NCBI GenBank assembly: GCA_964342815.1
Contig: CAYFHS010000030.1
Location: forward strand, 33,937-48,858
Length of the DNA: 14,922 bases
Source of the DNA: an uncultured archaeon
GTDB taxonomy: Archaea; Thermoplasmatota; Penumbrarchaeia; JASLWR01
Reading direction: 5' to 3'
Below are positions 1-9,600 of this stretch, one piece after another; positions within the stretch are counted from its first letter, which is position 1; the number at the start of each line of letters is the position of its first letter. Below the pieces are notes generated by a model. The model made no database searches. It worked only from the letters and a program-made list of their open reading frames with translations, and was not told the origin of the DNA. Both the position numbers and the translations under genes were made by a program.

Positions 1-486
1 CCGCTGCGTCCTTCGCTGTCAATGTGACCTCGAAGACTCCGGCGTTGTTGAAAGTGTAATTCGCGTCAACTCCATAAACCATTTGAGCGCCGCCGTCCGT
101 GAAGTTCCAGGTGTAGTTGTCAACTCCCACATTGTCGGTACTACCACTGCCGTCGAAGGTGACAAGATCGGTCTGGTCAACCGTCTGGTCCGGTCCTGCA
201 TCGGCAACTGGGTTGGTGGTATCGTTAACGGTGATCTCTACGATATCAGTGTGAGTATTACCCGCTGCGTCCTTCGCTGTCAATGTGACCTCGAAGACTC
301 CGGCGTTGTTGAAAGTGTAATTCGCGTCAACTCCATAAACCATTTGAGCGCCGCCGTCGGTAAAATTCCAGGTGTAGTTTACAACTCCCACATTATCGGT
401 ACTTCCACTACCGTCGAATGTAACCAGATCCGTCTGATCAACAGTCTGGTCGGGACCAGCGTCGGCTACCGGATTCGCCGTATCTG
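1..486 (-). repeat. Intragenic tandem PKD-domain repeat, 261-bp (87-aa) period
   Basis: Positions 1-97 are identical to 262-358. Positions 98-214 and 359-475 encode 38/39 identical residues. Confidence 0.95.
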
Positions 487-1723
487 CCAACTGGAAACTC
501 AAAGACTGCCGAGAATCAACATACGCATTCTGTTCGGAAGGATTATAATCGGGATGGGTCACATTTACGGTATAATTCCCAATTATCCAATCCCCCGTAT
601 CATTATAGGTAAAATGGATCCCCTCTGTCCAGAGTACCCCGTCGCTATCAGTAGTTCCCGTAAAGTCGATGGAACCATTATGGAGCATATCAACATTTGC
701 ACCGACTACGTGGGCATCCGCTGAATTGTTCACATAGACTTTCACAAAATAATTGATAGAAAGATTTCCATATTGGTCAACTCTGAAGGTATCATTTTTA
801 AAGGAACAATTCAAGAGTGTGAAGTCTATGACATGGGTTGAATCGGCGCTGATATCTATTGTATTGCCTGCTCCGGGATTGGTCCAGTTTCCTATGGTAC
901 AGTTATCGATCACCATGGATCGTGTATTCCCCGCAACCCAAATGTTTTCCTCCCACGTGTCCCAAACTTTACAATTGGAAATTGTTGGGGTGGATCCGAT
1001 ATGGAGTCGTATACCATTACCTGTGGTATTATGAACATTTGTGTTCAATATATAGGCGTCACCACCATTTACATAAATCCCAGTGTCCAAGGTATTGTTG
1101 ATGTCACAATCCATAATAACTCCGTTGGATGTGATTTTTATTCCACCATTACCGTTACCGCCATCGCCTGTATTATATATGCTACAGTTATTTATCATAG
1201 GCGCACCTGAGCCTATAAATTTAACGCCCCAATCCGAGGTCTCATTGATTATACAATGATTGATTTCTGTATTTCCATCGTCGATATCAACCCCGATTGT
1301 AGCATGCTGAATGTCAGTAAAATTGATATAGGCAATTCCACCACTCTCCACTACGATACCAGTATAATCCCCTGAGGCCTGTGTTGAAGCATTGGAAGTG
1401 ATCGATACTCGACTATTCCAAGTTCCTTCTATTGACAATCTCCCACCACTTTTCACAGTGATACTTCCAGTACCTCCTCCAGCAGCATCCACCAAAACAA
1501 CGGCTCCCGCTTCAATAGTCAGGTTGCCTGTTACATTCACATCATCATCAACATAATGTGGATTATCAGCAGCAGCCCATACGGTATTACCCGTAATCGC
1601 CCCATCATGACTCGCTGCAGCGCCGGAATTATCGGCAATCCAATTGTTGAACAGCACTATGCCCGAAAACAGCATCAATGCTGTTAATGACAGTACAATA
1701 GTCTTTCTTACACTATTTTCCAT
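1..1723 (-). CDS. Secreted or surface protein: signal peptide, right-handed parallel beta-helix, carboxypeptidase-regulatory-like (Ig) domain and tandem PKD domains; 3' end lies beyond the window
   Basis: Manual translation from ATG at 1723-1721 gives 574 codons with no stop to the window edge. It starts MENSVRKTIVLSLTALMLFSGIVLFNNW, then GNTVWAAADNPHYVDDDVNVTGNLTIEAGAVV and GIxx...IxNCxI beta-helix rungs, then FTGTTDSDG, then PKD-type NPVADAGPDQTV..VTFDGSGSTDNVGVVNYTWNF..GVFEVTLTAKDAAGN. An SD-like GGAAGGTGT lies upstream at 1731-1739. The ORF track lacks it because it has no stop inside the window. Confidence 0.93.
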   Translation of the reverse strand, partial: MENSVRKTIVLSLTALMLFSGIVLFNNWIADNSGAAASHDGAITGNTVWAAADNPHYVDDDVNVTGNLTIEAGAVVLVDAAGGGTGSITVKSGGRLSIEGTWNSRVSITSNASTQASGDYTGIVVESGGIAYINFTDIQHATIGVDIDDGNTEINHCIINETSDWGVKFIGSGAPMINNCSIYNTGDGGNGNGGIKITSNGVIMDCDINNTLDTGIYVNGGDAYILNTNVHNTTGNGIRLHIGSTPTISNCKVWDTWEENIWVAGNTRSMVIDNCTIGNWTNPGAGNTIDISADSTHVIDFTLLNCSFKNDTFRVDQYGNLSINYFVKVYVNNSADAHVVGANVDMLHNGSIDFTGTTDSDGVLWTEGIHFTYNDTGDWIIGNYTVNVTHPDYNPSEQNAYVDSRQSLSFQLADTANPVADAGPDQTVDQTDLVTFDGSGSTDNVGVVNYTWNFTDGGAQMVYGVDANYTFNNAGVFEVTLTAKDAAGNTHTDIVEITVNDTTNPVADAGPDQTVDQTDLVTFDGSGSTDNVGVDNYTWNFTDGGAQMVYGVDANYTFNNAGVFEVTLTAKDAA

Positions 1724-1829
1724 ATTTTACACACCTTCCATAAGAGTTTTTCCAAACCTCACCTTAACGTCCGTACAATCTTTTTTTTGGTTTTCAGACG
1801 ATAATGATAATCCGGTAATCCTTTTTATT

Positions 1830-1837
1830 TATTTAAA
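1830..1837 (-). promoter_or_regulatory. Candidate TATA box for the leftward surface-protein gene
   Basis: TTTAAATA on the minus strand inside an AT-rich tract about 105 nt upstream of the ATG; position is the only support. Confidence 0.35.
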
Positions 1838-2097
1838 GTTTATAGTAGTTCTGTGACTTTATGACTTAATAGATTGTTTCATGAACCTGTAAGTTTTAAA
1901 AGTGGTCCTGCAGAATCGGGAGGAACTTCCCCGTAATCGTCAAAAAAAATGAGATTTGATTCTTCTTGAGGATAGTCAATGGAGAAAATCCATTAATTTC
2001 GTAAAAAAATGGATGTCAGAGCTCATCTTGACAAGTTTGGGGAGAAACATGGTCACCAAAACCGTCCAATATCCATTCGAAATTATTTGACAGGTGA

Positions 2098-2105
2098 TTT
2101 TATAT
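2098..2105 (+). promoter_or_regulatory. Candidate TATA box for the presenilin gene
   Basis: TTTTATAT 34 nt upstream of the ATG at 2140, the spacing expected for a leaderless or short-leader archaeal transcript. Confidence 0.45.
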
Positions 2106-2139
2106 TCAATCCAATATTTATCTATGCTCGGCTCGGTGA

Positions 2140-3543
2140 ATGAGAGGAGTGTTCCAAGTGATAGAGGCTATCGGAAAACGTATAGTCAATGGATATAAGT
2201 TCATTCATCCCATAATAATGGCGGTTTTTATCGCAACCTTTCTTGTGCTCATTACTGTTCTCTCCAGTTTCACTCTCACGGCAACAGTATTCTCGGAAGA
2301 GGGGGGGGGTAAGGAAGCGGCTTCGGCGGGTCTGGCAAATGCCGCAATTTTTCTTATTATAGCCATAGTTGGAGGATTTTTAATATTTCTTTTATTCAAG
2401 TACAAGAAAAAGAACGCAATTCAATATCTATTCGGAAGCGCATTGTCGTTGTCGGGCGGATTCATTCTATTCTTCTTTCTGGTCATTTTAATCGAGGACA
2501 TACGTTACTATTCAAGCGGCCTTATCGTATATTCTTCGTTCCTGGGTGAACGTACGTCAGACCCTTTTTTTCTCGTTTTCAATCAGTCCAACCTTGAACT
2601 TCCTCTATTTCTTTGTTCCATCGCAATCGGTATCGTCATGACCTACATCATACTTTCAGGAAGGTTCAAGGGTGCTCAGAAAAACCGATTTCTGCTATTG
2701 CTCAGCGGACTTATGGGAGCTTTTTTAGCTGTGATATTACCCACATGGACCGTGATGTTCATGCTCATCGGTCTTTCGTTCTACGATATCTATTCCGTCA
2801 AACGCGGCCCTATAAAGAGCATAATCGAGATGACTGAAGAAAACCGGAAAGAGAGAATGAACCGTATCAACCAAAACAGAAAGAGGGATGAGGCACTTTT
2901 GGAAGCTTTCAAGAAACACAACATTATCTGCGTCTTCTGCGAGTCGAACAGGGTAAAGGTGGGACGGGACGATGGCGTGACCTGTCACAATTGCAATCGC
3001 GGGAGCATTATACCAGGTGTTACGGCACTGGTGGTGGATGTAATCGAGAAGTTCGATGCAAGCAACGAGTCAGATAAACCGCATAGGCCACCCATAGCAG
3101 GGAAGAAATCGGGTGATGGGAAGAAGGATAAAAAGGCGATGAAGAGGAACGAGGAAGGGATGAGCCCAGTCATTCCATTCCTGTTCGGGCGGAAAATGAA
3201 TATGAGAAAGAATAGATTTCTTTCGAAAAAGGGTATGGATGCAGAGCACCTGATGAAATCCATGACTTACAACACAGAGCATTGGGACCTTGGTATCGGT
3301 GATCTGGTCTTCTACTCCATGCTGGTGGGCCATTCATTCCAGTTCGGATCGAGCTACTTCGACAAGATAGGAATATTTGCCCCGATACTCATGTTCGGGC
3401 TCTCATTCATCGGGATCGCAACAGGATTCGTGATTACCATACGCCTTCTTGAGAGAAACAAGATATTGCCCGGCTTACCCATGTCGATGTTCATAGGAAT
3501 ATTCGGATTTTCTATCGGGGCCACGATTCTCTGGCTCTGGTAA
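2140..3543 (+). CDS. Presenilin-family (peptidase A22) GxGD intramembrane aspartyl protease with a zinc ribbon in the TM6-TM7 loop
   Basis: Polytopic membrane protein with LSFYD (D216, nt 2785-2787), [10 protein letters not shown] (D388, nt 3301-3303) and the PAL-like ILPGLP (nt 3469-3480) in the canonical order. It also has [17 protein letters not shown] and [22 protein letters not shown]. The start could be a nearby downstream GTG. Confidence 0.95.
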   Translation: [467 protein letters not shown]

Positions 3544-3615
3544 TGGATTAACCGGCAGAACCCGGTCAGGATTAAAATTACATCATATTAACGGTATTTT
3601 TGACTAAGCGAATCG

Positions 3616-3623
3616 TTTATATA
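3616..3623 (+). promoter_or_regulatory. Candidate TATA box for the giant surface-protein gene
   Basis: TTTATATA 54 nt upstream of ATG 3678; an SD-like AAGGTGGT lies at 3666-3673. Confidence 0.5.
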
Positions 3624-3677
3624 TCGTTTTAACATTAACGTATGGCATAATATTGAAATTTATTAAAGGTGGTATTT

Positions 3678-6600
3678 ATGAATATAGAAAAGAGATTAAT
3701 TTCGATCTGGATCAGTATGCTGCTACTTGTTTCCATTCTGATCGTTATCGATATTCCTTTGGAGAAGAGCTTTGGAATAACAGGTTATACAAAAGGTGCG
3801 ACTATAACTGTGGATAAAGGTGGTGGACAGGATCATGTCACCATACAAGGTGCCATCGACGCAGCGAATACGGGCGATACGGTTTACGTTTATGCCGGTA
3901 TCTACAATGAACACATAACCATTACTGGTAAGACCATCAATCTTACCGGGGCAGGAGTGGATTCATCAATAATCGACACAGGTATCGCTCTGAGCGGTAT
4001 CAAGGTTGAAAGCAACTATAACAATATAAGCGGATTTACCCTCAGGGCGGCAAATTTCGGGATTGAACTTAACCGATCATGTTTCAATACTATAAAGAAC
4101 TGCAAAAGCACCCAAAATATTGACGCCGGGATTTACCTTTCCGAATCTTGCAACAATACCGTCATAGATTGCATCCTCACTGACGATCTCGTAGGTATAG
4201 CGTTGTTGTTCGGCAGTCATAATAATACGGTGATATCCAATCAATTAACCCTTAACGATTATAATGGTTTTACCCTTAGGAACGGGGATAACAATCTGGT
4301 TCTAGGCAATCTCATTCAGGATAACAATCAGGTTGGATTCCCGAGCAATTACCCGGGATTTTGGGTTGAATCCAATAACAATGTCATTTCAAAAAATACA
4401 ATTGATAATAATCTGGCAACGGGATTATACATGAAAAATGCTTCGAATAATGAAATTTATTATAATAATATTACACGTAACAAAAACGGAATCTCGGCAA
4501 ATGTTGGTAGCAGTAATAATGATATTTATAATAATGGATTTAGTTCAAATGACGAGAACGGATTAGCAATTCATGACGGATGCGAGGGAAATAATATTAC
4601 AAATAATGATCTGACGGACAATAATGCTTTAGGGATTACTGATTATCCAGCCATATTCGTAGCATCGGATGGCAACAAGCTATCGGGAAACCACATCGAC
4701 GGTAACGAAGCCACAGGAATCTTTCTTCGAGATAGTGCAAATAATTCTATCGATAACAATTCCATCGCATCCTCATTATACGGAATATATCTCAATAATA
4801 TGGGTGATAACGACATTGAGAACAATACATGTATCTCGAATACGAAAAACGGGATATATCTCGACAGCTCCGTAAATAATACATTATATAATAATAGCTG
4901 TTCGAATAATCCGGAACACGGCATATTCCTCAAGGATTCCGATATGAATCTTCTAGCCGGGAACGACGTTTCGTATAATAATGTCGATACGGTATGGAAT
5001 TTCGTTGGTGTGACAGGCTTCGAAAAGAATGATGACGAGGGATGGAAACATCAGGGCGTTGGTGATTGCTGGGAAAGGAATTCTCCTGTTTCCGGACCAG
5101 GCGCCGCGTACGAAGGATCCAACGTATGGGGAACCAACCTTGCAGGAAAATACCCCGATAATGCCGATTTTTCACTTTACAGCCCCGAGATGTATGTTGG
5201 AAAAGGAACATCGGTAGAATTCTGGCACTGGTATGACATGGAGAACGGGTGGGACTTTGCCCGGTTGGAGATATCTCGGGATAGTGGTCTGAACTGGGAG
5301 CTGCTGCATACTTTTACCGGGTCCTCCGGAGGATGGACCATTGAAAATCTCGATCTTGATGATTTTTCGGGCGATATTATAATCCGGTTCAGGGTCACCA
5401 GCGACGCAAATCTCGGTCTTGCAGGTTGGTATATCGACAATATTTCTCTCACAAATCACGATTACCAGGATCTCGAGAGCGATACCGACGACGGATGGAC
5501 GCACGGCGGGAACGGGGATACTTGGGAGCGGGGATTTCCATATTCCGGTCCCTGGGCCTCATTTAGCGGAGATACAGTTTGGGGAACCAAGCTCTTCGGT
5601 GAATATGAGAACAACGGGGATTGCTCCCTCTACTCCCCTGACTTCGATCTGGATGAAGGAACGACAATATCCTTCTGGCATTGGTATGACATCGAAGAAG
5701 GATTTGATTCAGGCGAGCTGGAAATATCCGATGACGGTGGGATAAGCTGGGACTCCCTCTCAAGCTATGACGGAACGCTTGATGAATGGGAACTTGTTGA
5801 GGTATCCCTAGGGGGGTATTCAGGTAGGGCTCAAATACGTTTCAGACTGGATACGGACGGTTCCGAGACCTTCGACGGTTGGTATATAGATGATATTTCA
5901 TTTTTAGGAAGTGGTGGAATACATCTGGAAACAAGCAATGGAAACACTCTTGTCAACAATACCTGTTTTGAGAACGGTGGAAATGGAATCTATCTCGAAA
6001 CCTCGGTAAATAATAATCTGATGGATAACAACTGCACCCTCAACCGAAAGAATGGCATATATGCGGAATCCTCATCCAACAACGATGTCCTGAGGAACTC
6101 GGTTTCGGATAACAAAGGAAACGGTGTTTTCTTAAAAAGCGGGACTGGCAATAATATCGAGAACAATACAGCGGTTCGGAATGCGGATGGAATTCTACTG
6201 AACTCGTCCAACCTGAACAATTTGAAGAACAATTCCGCCATGAATAATTCTGAGAAGGGAATCGATCTTGAAGGATCCGAACAAAATGTCGTACAGGATA
6301 ATCTCTGCAACCTGAATTACGAGGGCATATTTCTTGATAATTCGGACCATAATGTCGTAAGTAAAAACCGCTGTGAATCTAATACTGATAATGGATTATA
6401 TTTCCTTAATTCAAATAGTAACATCACAGAAAACGTCTGCAATGATAACGGATGGCACGGAATGGGAATTGCATTCTTTTCAGGGAGCATAGAAAATAAT
6501 ATATGTGACGGCAACAAGAATTTCGGTATCTTTCTGCAGGCAGCTGTTGACAGCGAGATTTCCCGGAACAAATGCGTCAACAATGAATATGGTTTATTCT

Positions 6601-9600
6601 TGGGTTTCTCATCCAGTGGAAATTGGATACATAACAACACTTATGAAAAAAGTGCCAAAAACGGTACCATGCTGTATGATGGTTGCTGGGATAATCTAAT
6701 AGAGAACAATACACTTGCAGACGGTCATGAGGGATTTTATCTCTACAACTGCAATAATAACACTATAATATACAACAATATTATCAACCACACCGGTTAC
6801 GGGATAGACATCATAGACAGTGACACACACGACAACAGAATTCATCACAATAATTTTCTATTCAACAACAATAGCGGCATTCAGGCCTGGGATAACGGTA
6901 TTAACAACTCCTGGGATGACGGGATTGGTGAAGGGAATTTCTGGGAAAACTACACTTCCCTGTATCCCCTGGCTGCCAATGACGATCACGTATGGAACAA
7001 ACCATATAATATATCCGGCCCATCTAACAGCTCGGACCGGTATCCATTGTTCTACGCGGGACCTGGAGCAGATACCGATCTCCCGAGATTGGTGGGGGAC
7101 AATACCCCTGCCCAGGCATCCACAGGTGATTCCTTTACATTCTCGGCCGAATTCGAAGACAACCTGGGTATTGTGACCGTCCATGTTCTGTATTCCTATG
7201 ATGGGATCAACTGGCTTGATAACGAAACAATGGTTCTGAGCCGGGGCGGTATCTGGTCATATTCAATAACTATCAACTCGGATGCCACCGATTTATTTTA
7301 CAGGTTCTACCTGAAGGATATGGGGCGCAACCATGTTCTCACCGATATAACGCTCCTGGGGGTACAGGATAACGATCCGCCGGAATTGATATCCGATGAT
7401 ACCCAAGATAGTGCTACCACCAGCGATATGTTCGTTTTTTCAGTAAAATTGGGTGACAATGTCGGAATCATATCAGCTTCAGCCCATTATTCCTACAACG
7501 GAAATGATTTCACCCAAAAAGATCTGATAAAGGAAATGGGGGATACCTGGAGCACATCAATAACTGTCGAGGAAGATGCAACGGAACTCTACTATTATAT
7601 TGCCTTTTCGGACGGGATCAATGAAATGGAGACAACAATAAATACGGTTCAGGTAACTGATAACGATGCCCCGACCCTGATGGTTGATAATACTCCGCTT
7701 TTCGGTACAACCGGGGATGCATTTACCTTTGAGGTGGGGGTCGCGGATAATTATGGTATTGAATCGGTATCAGTCTATTACTCTCATGATGATAAGGAGT
7801 ATCAAATCAAGGAGCTGAAAAATGACGGAAAGGGATCCTGGAAAGAGGATATAATTCTTGAGCTGAATTTCACAGATTTATATTATTATTTCAAGGTCAC
7901 GGATAACAGTAATCCAAAAAACGAGCTGACAACGGACAAGGTAGAGATCCCTGTCATGGACAATGATCCTCCAACTGCCCGAGCCGGAGAGGACCTGCAG
8001 ATCGAGCAGAACGCCAAAATCACTCTAGATGCCTCGTCCAGCACCGATAACATTGGCATTGTAAAATTTGATTGGAATTTCATCTACGACGGAGTAGAAA
8101 TTGACTTGAACGGTGAACTTGAAGAGTTCACTTTCGAAATTTCCGGAAATTATTATATTAGCCTGAACGTAAGCGATAAAGAAGGAAATTGGGCTAAAGA
8201 CTATCTCAACATAACCGTGATCGACGACACAAAACCAAGGGCGGATGCCGGTGACGATATTACAACGGACCAGCACGAAGAAGTAACCCTAAGCGGAGAA
8301 GATTCCACCGATGACGTCCAATTGTCCAGCTTTACCTGGACCTTCGTATATAACAATGAGAACATCACCCTTCAAGGAGAAAAAACCGGTTTCGTGTTCG
8401 ATGTCGCAGGATCATATATAATAACACTGAATGTGACCGATTCAGGAGGTAACTGGGCAACGGATGAAATTAAAATAAATGTTAAAGATATTGATAAACC
8501 CATGGCAAATGCTGGAGATGACTTAACGGTGGAAGAAGGCACCACCGTGTTGCTGAACGGGAGTAATTCCACGGACAATGTTGGGATAGTCAGTTTCGTT
8601 TGGTCTTTCCTGTATGACGGGCTCGAAAGAACGCATTACGGCGAGACCGTCACTTTCAGATTCAAGATACCAGGTGATTACAGAATAACCCTTATGGCAA
8701 CGGATGGTGCAGGCAACAGCGCCGCCGATACCATCGAGCTAGATGTGATAGAAAAATCGCTTTCCGATGATGACGATGAAATACCGGATTTCTGGAATAA
8801 TACTGTGGATGAGGATAATGACGGTCTTGACGACAGGTGGGAAGAGTATTATTTCGACGGTGATGCATCACCTTATGCTGATTCGGACGCCGACGGATAC
8901 AAGAACATCCACGAGTTTATGAAAAGAACCGATCCAAAGAAGAGGAACGTGGAACCGCCCGAGCCTGAATCGGGAAGCGGTTCGGGGGATAAAAAGGCAA
9001 GCAGCGACGACTGGTGGACATGGATAATGATCGGAGGTATATTTCTACTTATAATTGTGATAATATTATTCCTCATCATAAAATCCCGTCGATCAAAGGA
9101 CAGTAAAAAGACCGTTGTTCCAGAAATCGAGGAGGACCTCGAGGATAGTGTCGATGACGATGAAATCGAAGAAGATGTCACAGATGTTTTATCCAGTTCC
9201 TTCGATATGGACTCAATAGAAGCGGAATTCGAAAAGCTCACCGAAATTTACAATAATTGCAGTGAATACGGGATGAACATGAGCGATTACGAATCACGCT
9301 ACCAAGAGATAGATAAAGCGGTCAAGCTCGGACAGGAAGATACACCGGAAAGTATCTCCGCTTTCATGACGGAGCTGGATGATGCATATTTCAGCTATTA
9401 CGAGGATTTAAAGAGCAGTACTAAAAAACTTCATAAAACGATAAATGCGGATTTCAAGAAGGCCATGGGTTCAGGACTCGACATCGGGCATTTAAGGTCG
9501 GATTATGAAGGCGCTATAGAATATTTCAAGGAAGGGGATTTCTTTGGAGCCATGGAACTCTTCACGGTGGTAAAAAGTAATCTCGAAAAGTCATTGGAAG

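Noticed and set aside
1-475. DGR template/variable repeat pair
   Set aside because: The differences are third-position synonymous changes involving all four bases rather than adenine-specific, and no reverse transcriptase is in the window.
83-1210. Plus-strand ORFs 83..724, 753..1034, 859..1101 and 1001..1210
   Set aside because: They are antisense shadows of the long minus-strand gene, whose translation has coherent signal-peptide, beta-helix and PKD motifs.
1927-1937. 11-bp match TTCCCCGTAAT shared with 13445-13455
   Set aside because: Several matches of this length are expected by chance in 15 kb, and it does not extend.
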